In this document: piece by piece, positions 26,401 to 38,827 of the stretch | Numbering within the stretch: the stretch's first letter is position 1 | Layout of the letters: the number at the start of each line of letters is the position of its first letter | From: Yuukianura sp. NJ FZ-2021 | Taxonomy: Eukaryota | NCBI GenBank assembly: GCA_046563655.1 | Contig: CM102290.1 | Coordinates: 10,726,001 to 10,790,000, forward strand | Direction: 5' to 3' | Length of the DNA: 64,000 nt | Made by a program: the position numbers and the translations under genes | The notes under the pieces: generated by a model | Told to the model about the DNA's origin: nothing | The model's input: only the letters and a program-made list of their open reading frames with translations | Databases searched by the model: none

Positions 26401-29400
26401 GAAAGTATTGAAAGTTTAGAAACAATTTCTTTTGAAAGATTTGTAGTTTTTTTTTCCTCCAAAACTTTAAATTTTAAACGAAAACGTTTTTTTTTTTGGT
26501 ATGCACCACTTAACTCGTGTAAATTCAAATTTGTATAATTATTCTCTCATCGTCCTTACTGTTGGCTTTACATGTTAAGATCTTTTCCAACAAAAATTTC
26601 TGTCTCACTTTCCATGTTTGAACATGTCTGTAAAACTTTTACTCACAATCTGTTTTTCCCTTGTTCTGTTTCCTGTGGAGCAGGTCATGGGTCGCATGGA
26701 CCTGCAGGTCAGTCTATAACTTTTCTAACTTCCTCTTACATTGCACGCTTTTGTCCCTGTGTTTTATTTTTTCCGTTTTCATGTTTTCTACTTTTTTAAT
26801 TAACAGTTTAAAAAAAAGTGAAATTTTTTGAAATTTCTTGTAAATATGTATTTTAACGTTTTGCTTATTGCCATCTCCAGTGCATGTCACATTTGTTTCT
26901 GTACGTTAACTCCAAGCATCTCTAGTTTTCCTTTGAAACGGTAGAGTCTAAGCGACATTTTAATTCCCAAAACTGTTTTTATCTGATGTGGGGATTGGAA
27001 TTGATTGAAAATTCCCCTCAACATAGAAGTCATAGCTTTAGGTGGAAGAATCCGGTAGTTTTTTATTTATTTTTCATTTATGCAATTTATTATGGAATCT
27101 AGATTTTAGTTTTAATATTTTTTTATTGCGTGGGAAGTTTTTTTTGGGATGAGTTTTGAATCTAATTTTCCGAGCGAATAGCAGCACATTTTAGGACATT
27201 TGAAATCACTTTAAGAATTTGCTCGGATTTCAAAAACACGAAAGCTAATCCTTATGTTTTCTCTAAAAATCAGGCACTGACCAGCATGTCATCGGAACCA
27301 GCGTTTCCTGAACTGTCTTCACGTCATGACAGTGGGATTTCGCCAAATCAGCCGTTTCAGCCGTTTCCATCGTCACAACCACAAGCTGGTGGCTCTGCCT
27401 TGCAACCGACGCCGACGGCTCAATCCGGCCCGAGTCCCAAGCATCCCACGGGATTCAATCCGCTGATTCACGGAAACGATGTGGATTCGGTGGATGTGGC
27501 GACCAGGGTGGCTATGGTAAGCAAAATTAAAACTAAGTTATAAAAACTACTTTAAGGTCATTGACCTCTGACGTTGATTTTACTAAAGGTCAAATTCTTC
27601 AACTCTGCCAATTTACTTGCCAACTTCAGCGAACACACGAGAACCCTCAGACTCTACCCGCGTCCCGTCGTTGCGTTTCAAATTTCAAGTTTCCTTCGCT
27701 CTCGGCCTCATCCGCCTTCACCGTTCCTGTGTAGATTTGCCAGAACGCAAGTAAGCACATAAAATTTGGCTTTTTGCATTTGGATTTTGAAAAAAAATGT
27801 TGACCTTTGACTTATGACATACGCTAACTAACTATTTGTGACTTCACAGGCTGTCGAGTACTTGGCAGAATGGAGCTTGGCTCCAACCAATCAGGCTTTC
27901 CTTCGTGTTCAAACGGGAGTGTATGATCCCGCCATTATTGGTGACAAACCCAAATGGTATGCTCATGCCCTCACGCCAATCAAGTTTGATATTCATTCTG
28001 ATGTTCCTGCACTTTGTGCACTACTCCGAGTTTCACACAACGTCTCCGCTCCAGCTACGGGTAACAACAACGTGACCTTTGACCTTATGTCCAAAATGGC
28101 AAAACTAAAATTTTAAGCTGAAACTAACATTTCCATTTTAAAAAACTTGCTTTGAACTCAACTTCTCTTTGATTCAGATGAAAGTGGATCGGATTCCGAA
28201 GGAGAAAGTGGAGAAAGTACCTCCAGCTACTCGTCTCTGTCCGACTTTGTCTCAGAACTGGCGTCATCTGACTTGTCACCCAGCGGTGTCACGGGTTCAC
28301 ACCACCGTCGAAAATCGTCACAACAGCGCCATTTTCAACATGCCTTTGAGGAAATGGAAGAACGACGGGAAGACCGTGAACTGCGAGAACTTGACCGAAA
28401 TATAACTTCCCTTTGTTCGTCACTCGACATTTCCACGGTTTATCGTCCACCATCGTCACTCCAATTGCCTGGAGAAACTGGAATGGCCAAGGGGAAGGGA
28501 TCAGGATCTCCTTCAGCTTCTGGATCTGATTCGGAGTCAAGTGACTCTGGACCTGAAGATGTTCCGGTGGAAAGTCGTCGATCTTCAGGAGGTGACAAGG
28601 ACAAGGACAGCGCTGGAGACGTTGCCGACAGCAGTCATCATCCTCCAAGTGCCGGACCACCGGACAAACCAACCCGCCAGCCAAGTTTCGGTTCGGGATC
28701 ACTCCTGGGGCACATTGCGTCGCAGGCCAAAGAACTTGTGAAGGAAACGAAGCGGCAGAGTAGTCAAGAAGGCTTGTTGTCAACTGTTGACAAGGTAAGA
28801 CACGTGACAGGGAAAGTTCAAAAAAAAAAGTTTAAAAGTTAAAAAAAGTTTTTTAAAAGGACGCTTGTTTCCTAAACTTTTCTTCTGTGTTTCTGTCTCT
28901 GTACTTTTTCTGTTTCTTTTCTGCTTTTTCCAAACTTTTTAGCTCAAAACAAAAACTAGAGAGCGTCTGACTGAAGTGAAGCGTCAGGGATCTTCGGCGG
29001 AAGACTCTCCTTTCTTTTCTCCATTGGAGCACGTTAGTTTTCCAAACTTCTTGTTTCTACTGTCCAACCTAACTTATCTTTTCTGAAAAAAATTACTGTG
29101 ATTACTAAATAACAATTTACTAAATTAACTTTGGGTAACTAATTTAGTCCTGAAGTTTTTTCGCGATGTTCTCTAACTGTTACGTTTGGTTTAGATTACA
29201 ATTCAAGCCAAAAGAGCTGCTGAGGAAGCGGGAAAAAGCGTACAAGCTGGACTCAGCCAATCGAGTCTCGACGATCTCAAAACAGCCAGTCGGAGTACAT
29301 GGGATGACATTACAAAATCCGCAAGGAAGGGACTCCTTAAGGTAACACAAAATTTTGCATTTTGCCGTCTTTAAAAAAAGCTTAGGGAAGCAACACATAC

Positions 29401-32400
29401 CATCAGATTGTTTTTTATTTCTTTTTTCTACAAAAAAATATTGGTAATTGAGATTTATTTTTCAGCTACAAAAACAAAATTCCAAAAAACTAAAAATTAT
29501 TTTCCTCACCCTACGCAGAAAATGACTTGCTTCCCACGCGTTCCAAAATTTTGTGAAGATCATAAAGATAAAAAATTTATGAAATTTAAGGAAAAAAAAA
29601 GAGAAATTTCGGGTGTTGTTACCGCTCTTTCTCGACGTAGTCATTTTGTGATTGATTTCGATGAACTTTACCAAGTATTGTTCAGGAGGGGGGAGACGTC
29701 ATGGGAGTCAAACGTCAGTTCTAGTCCCAACGACAGGCGTAAATTGATCCCGACAGTTTCAGAAACTAAAAACAGAAAGAGAAAAATAAGTAAGAAATAA
29801 CGACGAATGATTCCCACTGTTTCAGTCTCTTGGCGAATCTTCTGAACGGAGCATCAGTGACTCTCGGTCGGAGTCCATGGAGCGGAAGGACTCCGTGGCT
29901 TCCGTGGCGTCCCAGTCTCAGCGGGCAGTGGTCCAGCCGCAGCATCCACAGCATCAGCAGTATCCTCATCCCAGAACAGCCTCAACTGGGAGAGACTTTC
30001 TATCGAACATGAGCACTGAACTTAATGGATTGGCATCTACAACGTCCTCCATGTTCTCGGAGCTTTTTGGTAAAATGGATACACTTTTATTAAGTTAGTC
30101 ATAATAAGTCAATAGTCCTTGAACCCATTTTAAAAATCCTGCTTTTAGTCTTTTACTCAATTATGAAAAGCCATAGCCTAAAATTTCCTGGATCCCGCTG
30201 AGCTACAAGAGTCTTCGATTTTAGTACTGCTAACGAAATTTCAGCAGCGCTTAAATTCGATTCATCACATTTTGTCATCGGAAATCCTTGCGTAATTACA
30301 TGTTGACTCCGCCTAGTTATTGACTCTTCGAGTTGTAACGGATGGGTGGTAAAGTCATTTTCCAATTACTGTTTTCAGCTTGACAGTTTCTTTGTTCATT
30401 TTGAATTTAGGCGGCAATCGAATCAGTGTGTCAGCCTGTGCGAGTCCAATTCGTGGAAGAAGTCCAGCTCCATCAATGGCTGGAAGTACTGGCAGTCTTC
30501 CAGCTACTGTGTCACGGTCTCCACAACGCGAACCGTCAGTGGCATCATCTCAACAGTCAGCATTTGGTCCATTTCCAACAGGACGAAAGGGATTGGTGGA
30601 AAGATCGTCACTCATTAGACATACGACGACGCATCTTCATCCACAAAAAGGCAAAGCGGAAATTAAAATGCTCCAAAAGTTTTCTGGAAGCCAAGGGTCC
30701 AATGTAACCAGTGCAGAAAATCAAGCTTTCATTTCCGATGTAAGACTTGATTTTATATTAACGTTTTATTTACTATTTTATCTATTGATTTATTTATTTA
30801 TTGTTGCAGGTTGGAAATCAAGTCATGGCGGGAGAGGGAGTAGGATGGCTGAGAGTGGGGAGGCTAAAGAAACTTTTGGAAGATGAAAGTTACCGCGTGA
30901 TGCTCGTGGTCAAAATCAATAAAGCGTTTGAACGGAAGGTTGGACCAGATGACCACGTCGACGACGTTGTAAGGACAAGCTTCTTGTCTTGTATAGCCTA
31001 ACTCACCCTAATTCAGCACGACATAAAAGAATTTAACCTAACCTAATCGTACTTGTTTCAGTGCGTGACAAAAACAGTGTGGAAGGGAATGTTGAAATTG
31101 TTACAACTTTTGGTCAACGGACTTGAGCACAGCTATGCAAACCGGGGACTCGGTGGAATGGCCTCTGCTTTTCAGGTGAAATTTCGAACAAATACTTCCG
31201 AAAATGTCGAAAAAATTGAAAAAGAAACTTTTTCTTATGAAATTTTTGTACAGGTCCTTGAAATCGCACATACGCACTACTGGACAAAAGACTTGTCGGA
31301 CTTGGGTGGAGACCATGCGCAGTACTCTCAGTTTCTGGAACCAAATGCTATTAGTCCCGGCATGTCTATGGCAGGATCACCAACGTCTTCTGCGCAAGCC
31401 TCACCCGATGCTTCGCGACGACCTTCTGCTCAATCCTGTGATCCAGGTGAGTTGAATATTGTGACTATGAGATAGTAGTTTGCAATGAAGATTTCCAATT
31501 TGAAAATATCAAATTTCCAAATTTTGATTCAAAAATATGGTCAACACTTTCAGATCCAGGTTCAGAACACACTGCGATTCAGCAGTTGCCCCAGCATCCA
31601 CCCGGGGCCAACACAGCCGAAATATTCCGAGACCTGCTTCAGGGCAAAAAACATTCCTTGATAGCCAGGCTTAGCTCATCAGAGTCTCACGTAAATTTTC
31701 ATTTTTGAGCGCTAAATTCAAAAATTCAACTGATTTTGAAATTTTTCCAATTTGGAAATCTAGATTGAAGGTCACGCGGAAGGTCAACCTCCAGGAAGTG
31801 TAGTGATGAACCCATGGCCCCCCGGGGGGCTCCAGCTTCCGGCACACGGAAGCAAACCCAAGCTTACAAGTCGTTTGTCTCAGATGTCGCTCCGTTCTAC
31901 TGTGTCTGATACAGAACTGGAACAGGTACGGTTTACTCGTTAAGGATTTTGAAAATTCAGTTTGAAATTTAGAAGTTACGTAACCTCCAAAGTTAAAGCA
32001 AAAGTTGAAATTCAAGACTGAACTTATCCAGGGTTCCGGTAGAGGAAAACGAAGTCCGAGTGTTTGGTCCAGTAAATCTGCGTTGGCAGCAGGACTCCGC
32101 TACCACGCAGGATCCTTGATTCCTACTGGCAGTTCTCCGACAAGTCCCGAAAATGGTCGAATGTACCTCTTCGAGGGACTGGTGAAGGAAAGATCCAGTT
32201 TGTGGGATCAGATGCAGTTTTGGGAAGATGCATTCCTGGATGCAGTGGCACAGGAGAGAGAAATGGTCGGGATGGACCAAGGACCGCGGGAAATGATGGA
32301 CAGATACCAAAGTTTGAGTGACAGTGAGAAGAAACGACTGGAGCACGAAGAAGACCGACTACTGGCGACACAGTTATACAATCTAGTTTCTTTCATGTTG

Positions 32401-35400
32401 ATGATGGACGTTAATCGACAGGAGTTGCGTCAAAAAGTTAGGCGACTCCTTGGGAAAAGTCACATGGGATTAGTTTACAGTCAAGAAATTAACCAACTTC
32501 TCGAACAAGTGTCACATTTGGTAAGTTCAAAATTTCAAGAATTTTGATTTTTCATAAACTCTGAAATTAAAAAAATTAGTTGAATTTTTGTTACTAAATT
32601 CTTTGTTTAGAAAGGGAACGCTGTCGACTTGAAGCCAGCAGGATCACGCCTGGCTCACCGTCAAACTTTTGCCGTCCATGCTGGTTCGGAACCCATCGGT
32701 GACTTGTTGTTCATGGAAGTTCGGGATGATGGTCTCGTGCTTCGAAATGTCGCTGGAGCAATAGTAGAGAGGTACCTTAACCTAATGCCATCATAAGTTA
32801 CGTACAAAGCCTAATTTACAAAAATCAACCTACCTGTAAAAATTTACACCAGAGTTCAACTTTTTGAGCGAGTGGTTAGGAATTGTCAACATTATTTCTT
32901 GAAAACTATCTCTAGGACTTCAAAGTCTTCAAAACTTGCTCAAAATTGTACCAAGCCTGCTACAAATTTTAATAATCGACTCGAAATTTGACTAATTCGT
33001 TTATGATTCTCTATGATTTGCCATAGATGGTGGTGGGAACGCTTGGTAAACATGACATACAGTCCAAAAACGCGTGTTGTTTGTCTCTGGCGACGCAACG
33101 GTGGACAGACGCAATTACACAAATACCATTCACGCAAATGTCGTCAGTTGTATCAAGCAATTAAAGAGGCCATGGAACGAGCGGCTGCGCGCGGGTCAAC
33201 TCCGATTCCTGGTACGGATTTAGGTGGGGAATTCCCGGTGGAGGATTTGAAGACGGGTCAAGGCGGGTTGCTTCAAGTTTGCATGGAGGGTGTGGGCCTT
33301 CTCTTCGCCAATAGCAAGGTTCGGGCATCCATTTTCCAAATTTATCTCATTTTCTGAACACCAGTTTTTGATTTTAACTTTCTTTTAAAAAAATACTCTT
33401 TTTCTTCTTTTTTTTTCACTTTCTCGTTTTCACTTTCCCTTCTTTCAAAAACTTTTAAAAAGTACTTTTCCAAAAAAACAAAAGCATATGCTTTCTCTGA
33501 AAACAGAGTATATGATACATATTCAGAATTGAAACAAAAAGAAAAATTTAACTTTTTCTTCAAGTAGAAAAAGCGAACGTTTGTACTTCCAAAGTTATTT
33601 AAATTTCAAATTTTAAATATTTTCAAAGTGTAACAAAAAAAAACTTTCTAAACTCACTTTTTAAAATACACACTTTTCCTTGTTCAAAATTATACTTTCA
33701 AATACTTTGGTTATTCGAATAGGTTAAAACAGGTTTAACTTTTTTTTTTAAAAAAGAGGTTGGGTTTTAAAGAATTTGACCTTGACCTTTGACCTCGCTG
33801 TTCTTTCTCCTTTACTTTCTCACTGTCACTTTCTCTTTCTCTATCTCTCTATCTCTCTCGTTTAAAAATTCGAAGGACCTCTCAAACTTTCCTATTGCTC
33901 TGTCTTGCCTTACATTCAGTCTTTTTCTTCTACAAAAGAATAGGTTAGGTTAACCTAACCAAAACAAAACAGGGAGCCTTTCAAATTTTGTGCTTCCACA
34001 ACATCTACAAGTTCATTTTTTTCAAGAAAATAATCAGTATTTGACTCACTTTCAGAATTAAAAAGAACCGAGCTTTTTTTTCTTTAACTTTTTGTCAATT
34101 AGCCAGCCGCGCTTTCCACTCAAACTATTGTTTTGTTTTGTTGAAAAGTTTTCTTTGAAATGATAATCCAATGTTTTCTTTTGGAAAGGATTGAATTAAT
34201 TAATTCCTTCGTAAATATTGTTACTTGTTGCTGAAATCTTACTAATTAATTGTAATTTATCGAGTTTTGTCTTTGCTTCTTTTCATGTTACAACAAATTT
34301 CTCTGCAAATCGAAACTTTTCTGTGCTTTGGGTTTCATTTTTTCAAACTTTTTGACTAAAATATTCAATTAAATCCTTGAGTAGAAAAATTTTTTATTCA
34401 AGTTCTAGCAGGTTTCAGTTCACTTGCTTAAGTAACTGTTGTTTAACAAAGGTTAATTTTACGCTCTTGGTTTTTCTTTTTATGTTTTTCATAAGCTTAT
34501 TTCTTCAGAAAAAAATTTTTACGACTTCTCCATTCTGTGTTTTAACTTTCCAGTTCCACATCTTGCACGATTTTTAATGTTGTTTTTTTTAAGTATTTAC
34601 ATGTTCCCCGTTTTTCTTTACCAAAATTATTAAAAACGTCAGGCTGCAAATGTTTGATTACCCACCCAAACAATTTGCAAACTTTTTTTGAAATTTTGGC
34701 AACGTGTTTCAAAAGATCTACTAATTCTACATACACTTACGCATGTTGGTCGAAACAACGGAATCATTAGCATATTTCCGCCTCTTGTTCTTTTCTTTTT
34801 GTAACAATTCAAAATTTCGAAAAAAAAAAATCATAAGCTTAGATTATGGTTGTCATGATCAAGGTTCTCTCCGTAAATTACAAAAGTTTGACCTAAAATT
34901 TCAGAAACTAATGCATTCCAAGACTAACAAAAATATTTATTATTTAAAATAAATTAATTCGAACTAATTCCTTTTCATTTCCTTTGACATTGTACGAGTA
35001 TGCTTTTTGTTTCACTTTTTTATCACTTTACCTTTAGGACGTCAACAATCCAGTAATGCTTCACAAATGTTAACATATTTAAATACAAGCTCACCTTTCA
35101 ATGTCATTTTCTAATGTGTATATTAGTTTTGTTTAGTTTTGTACCATTTTTGAAACTTTCTTTTTAATTTTTGAAGTTTCCCCGGTTACTCTTCCGATTC
35201 ATAAAGCTGAATAAGGATCCAAGTAGACACGTAGCGATTTAGGAGTTGAGATGGTCCTTCTGCATGTATTTCTGATGATAAAATTAAGTTCCAAAATTCC
35301 GATCCACAATTCTTTTTAGAATTACAAAATTTTAAAATTGGAATCACAACTTTAACAACTTGGTTTAAAACTTCTTAGTTTTTCTTTTTGAAGACTCCCT

Positions 35401-38400
35401 CGAAATTCTTTTATGAAAAGAAAAACTTCGATTATTTCTCTGATGTGGTTGTTCTTTTTTGTTTTCTCTTCTTTGTTTTGTACACCATGTCCCACCATGA
35501 TCTTCAATGTTCGAATTCTCTTCAATATTTCCCGCCCTCATTTTCATCCCATTAGTCAAAAAAAAAGTTTTGTACTTTGAGTCAAAATAATTCTTGTCAA
35601 AATTCTATGTTGCGTTCTTGGTCTCTTCTGGATGCGGATGAAAATACACTCGACACACGTTGTTCTGCTGTTCAGGATTTTGAGGTATTTTTACATCCCA
35701 CAATTTACTTGCTTTTAATTACAAATTAATTGTAGATGACACAGAGTTTTAGTCAAAAAGAGACAAAAGATCCGTTAGGAAAGTTTCAAAAGTTTCAAAA
35801 TTTGAGAAAAGGAGTGAAATTTCCTTGCTTACCATTTCTTTGTTCCTATTTCCAACTTTTACTTTAAAAATTGAAATTTTAAAGACTTTTTTTTTTCACA
35901 AAATACCATAGTTGTAGTTATAAAAAGAACACTTCAAATTTTACTTTCTTATTCCCACTTCGCTCTTTCCGTTTCTCTTTTGGTAGAATCAGACAAACTT
36001 TACAGGGTGTTTGCAAATTTGAAAACATGAAAAAAGTAGTAAACTTTTGAAGAAAAAGAAATCACAGTTCTTTTCAAAAAATTTAAGAAAATTTTAAGAA
36101 AGCACTTTAGTCGTAACGAGTGGTGGAGTATGAATGGTTTTGTGGACACCCTGTACATATTTGGTATACGTTATTTACACACTACTTCTCTTCTGCAAAA
36201 CCTTTTCCCACGTTCTTCAGTGTCAGTGTAAACACGTTTCTGTTTTTATGTTTCTTAGGTTAGGTAACCTAACCTAACCTGCATAAGGTCATTGATTTCT
36301 TCGTCTGCCTCTCCTGTTGTGTCCCGACTTCCTTTGACCTTTGACCTCTAAGGTCAACCTATCGTTACCACAAGGAAACTACCTCGTTTTCTTTTTGATT
36401 TGTTCGTAGTTTGATGAGTTAGAGACAAAAGCTTACTATGCCAAAGCAAAACCGTTTTTAGTAGTCTCGTAGTCGCAGCAAAAGCGTTTATAAGCTCATT
36501 TACCAGTGGAGTAGCTCCCATCCAAAAAAAAACGCGTTTTTCAAAAAAAAATTTTTTTTTCTTGTTTTTTAATTTTTTTTAAACTCAGTTCGTAGTATGT
36601 TGTTTTTTACATATGGAGTAAAAATTGGTCCTGTGACGACTCTTCCTAAACATCTCCATATCAAAAAAAAAGTTTTTTGATGTCGTCTTTCTTTTTTTCT
36701 CAAAAGTTTACATTTTTTTGAATTATAATTGCTGGAAAATTTTATTAAATTTTCCTTTGAAAGAGTTTTTTTAACCTTGTAGCTCACTTTGTTTAATTTG
36801 TTCTTTCAAAATCCAAAATCCAAGAAAAGTTATGTCTAAACATCAGATTTCCATGCTGATGGCCATCTCAAATTTTTTCAATGGATATTCTTCCCAATGA
36901 AGTTATTGTAGTTCTCAACTATTTCTTTCTTTTGTTTTTCGAAACCTTAGTAAAAAAAAAGTTATCAAAAACTCACATATTTTCCAAATGAAATTGGAAG
37001 ATGAAGAAATTATTTAAAAATCAGATCCGGTACAAAGTCATCCCAAAGTTAGTTCTTCCAAGAATAGGATCTAAATCCAATTTCAAATTTTAGACACGTT
37101 TTTGTTTTGTTTTTTCAAACTTTTTGTTGGAAGCATGCGAAGTTTTTTTTTTTCGAAAAGTTTATTTTTCGCTTCTCAGTTTTTTTTCTAAAGTTTGTGG
37201 TATCGCCGCTGTGGAAAGCTTTTGAGTGTGAGAATGGCCTTTTTAAGCTCAAACTGTCTCCAATGTAGTTCAAAAGCTCAGCGTTTATTATGTTGCCCGT
37301 TTATAAACGTGGATTTCAAAATTTTGAACACTTTCAAAGTTTTGAAACAAAAATTCTTTCGTTTAAGCTATATTACTAAAGTTCTATCTATCTTTCCCAA
37401 TGCTTTCTGCTTCACTAAACACTATATTTTTTCAATTAGAATTTTTCATAAGCTTTCTTTTCTACACCCAACTAAATGTCCTCCTCTAAAATTCTTTATT
37501 TAAAACGCCATTTCCAAAAAGAGAAGACTAACCAAAATTTTACCAAAAAATATCCTATTTTTTAACTTCTTATCCATCTTTCATGCCTCCGTTTGCCTAA
37601 TTTCTTTAATAAAGAATATTGAAAAAAATTCAAATTCAAAATTGAAAAAGTCAAAATCGAACCAGCAGGGCTGTTTGTCTCTTAAGTAGTGTTTGGCGGG
37701 AATTTTCAAAACTTAAAGATACTGAAATTCCTTTTCTTGTATTTAGTTTTTCGTGAGACTTGATCATATCCGGAAATGCTTCACACAAAAGGGTGGAATC
37801 TTTGTCCTTGAGGAATACAGTATGTTTCGTTCTAACGCGTCTGTTACTTTAAAAAAAATCAAGATGGCCACCGCGATTGTGGAATGTTCCAAAATTTTAA
37901 TTCGAAGTTTTAACGTAAACTGCTAATGTATATTTTACTGATTTCACACTGGAACAAACGAAAAAAAATTTTTTTTTTTTACAAAATTATGACCGTTATT
38001 GTTCCAAACCTACTCAATTCTTTTCAACTTCTTGATTTTAATGATCTCAAAATATGCGCGTCAGCCATCTTACCTAGTCACACTATAAACGACTGTTTTG
38101 AAAAAAAAAATTTGGAATAAAAATTTCAGATCCGAAGACGAGGAAGGTCCTTCAACGCCGTTACAAATCTGCTATGGTGGGTTTAATATCATCAACTTCT
38201 ATATTATTTCAATTTCTAATGTATTAATATTTTGTATTCATATTTTATTTTCATAGTTTATTTAAATATTCTTTGTTTTTTAGAATTTATGTTTTCTTCA
38301 TTTTATTGTTTGTTAATTTAGGACCCAGGAAAAATAGCTTTGCAGATACACAGAATGTTTTCAGTTTATGAAACTTTTTGTATGGCACACGGTCAAGAGC

Positions 38401-38827
38401 AATTTTTAGATTTTTCGGAACAAGAAGCAGACGCATGAAAAGTTTCGTGTTCAAGTACTTTTTCGTTTGTGTCATGCGAACCATAGCACTCACTTCGCCG
38501 CCATTTCTGTTACATGGGTTGTTATGATTTCTTTCCGTTTTTGGTTAGTCTTTTTTGGTTTTCCGTTTTATATTTATTTGAATTCTGACGCTACAGAAAG
38601 CATCACCACCTCCGAATTCAAAAAAAAAAACTTGAAAAATCCATTATGTAACTTTCTATTTTCAGGCTGAAAATATTTGCTACTCGGTGCTCTGCGTCTT
38701 TTCCTACGTGGCTGCTGGTCATGAGCAGAAAAAACGCATTTCCGTAGCTGCTCCGACGCTGCATGCCTCCACGTCAGCCATTCCAAGCAGCGTCTCCACA
38801 TTCTCTGGCAGTGGAGACGACAAGTAA
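23432..38827 (+). CDS. MADD: MAP kinase-activating death domain protein / Rab3 GEF (DENN domain; AEX-3 family), 28 core coding exons, ~1824 aa
   Basis: The N-terminus [18 protein letters not shown]...[30 protein letters not shown] is followed by [48 protein letters not shown] and [16 protein letters not shown]. The C-terminus includes [16 protein letters not shown] and [12 protein letters not shown]. Exons: 23432-23560, 24226-24352, 24443-24602, 24678-24903, 25035-25192, 25468-25609, 25673-25831, 25921-26123, 26198-26336, 27274-27516, 27589-27750, 27850-28060, 28178-28794, 28943-29032, 29195-29341, 29826-30069, 30411-30739, 30810-30968, 31062-31175, 31254-31446, 31554-31690, 31764-31925, 32032-32520, 32611-32771, 33027-33318, 37747-37819, 38130-38176, 38666-38827. 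Phases are all consistent. Confidence 0.96.
26684..26707 (+). CDS. Candidate 24-nt alternative microexon of MADD (VMGRMDLQ)
   Basis: cag|GTCATGGGTCGCATGGACCTGCAG|gtcagt. Phase 0-0 inside a phase-0 intron, preceded by a long pyrimidine tract. Confidence 0.6.
35038..35052 (+). CDS. Candidate 15-nt alternative microexon of MADD (DVNNP)
   Basis: cctttag|GACGTCAACAATCCA|gtaatg. Phase 0-0 with a strong pyrimidine tract; the donor is of moderate strength. Confidence 0.35.
35676..35684 (+). CDS. Candidate 9-nt alternative microexon of MADD (DFE)
   Basis: tgttctgctgttcag|GATTTTGAG|gtattt. Phase 0-0, giving ...FANSK-DFE-FFVRLDH...; a TGC motif sits just upstream of the 3' splice site. Confidence 0.7.
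36001..36155. mobile_element. Short non-autonomous Tc1/mariner-type MITE remnant
   Basis: TA-CAGGGTGT...ACACCCTG-TA: a 10-bp perfect terminal inverted repeat including the TA target duplication, extending imperfectly (ttgcaaa vs ccacaaa). About 155 bp, non-coding. Confidence 0.6.
38322..38438 (+). CDS. Candidate alternative terminal coding exon of MADD ([38 protein letters not shown])
   Basis: Strong acceptor (ttttattgtttgttaatttag|GAC), phase 0 matching the donor at 38176, open for 38 codons. Pattern resembles the canonical last exon. Confidence 0.6.
   Translation, partial: DPGKIALQIHRMFSVYETFCMAHGQEQFLDFSEQEADA

Noticed and set aside
25370..26438. Short intronic direct repeats (~27 bp at 25370/25402; 24 bp at 26374/26415)
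   Set aside because: Ordinary local slippage duplications.
28289..28783. 164-aa minus-strand ORF and similar antisense or out-of-frame ORFs over MADD, otopetrin and STRIP exons
   Set aside because: Shadows of real coding exons.
31666..31672. Possible non-canonical GC donor in MADD (ccag|gcttag)
   Set aside because: The reading frame continues to a canonical in-phase GT donor after 31690.
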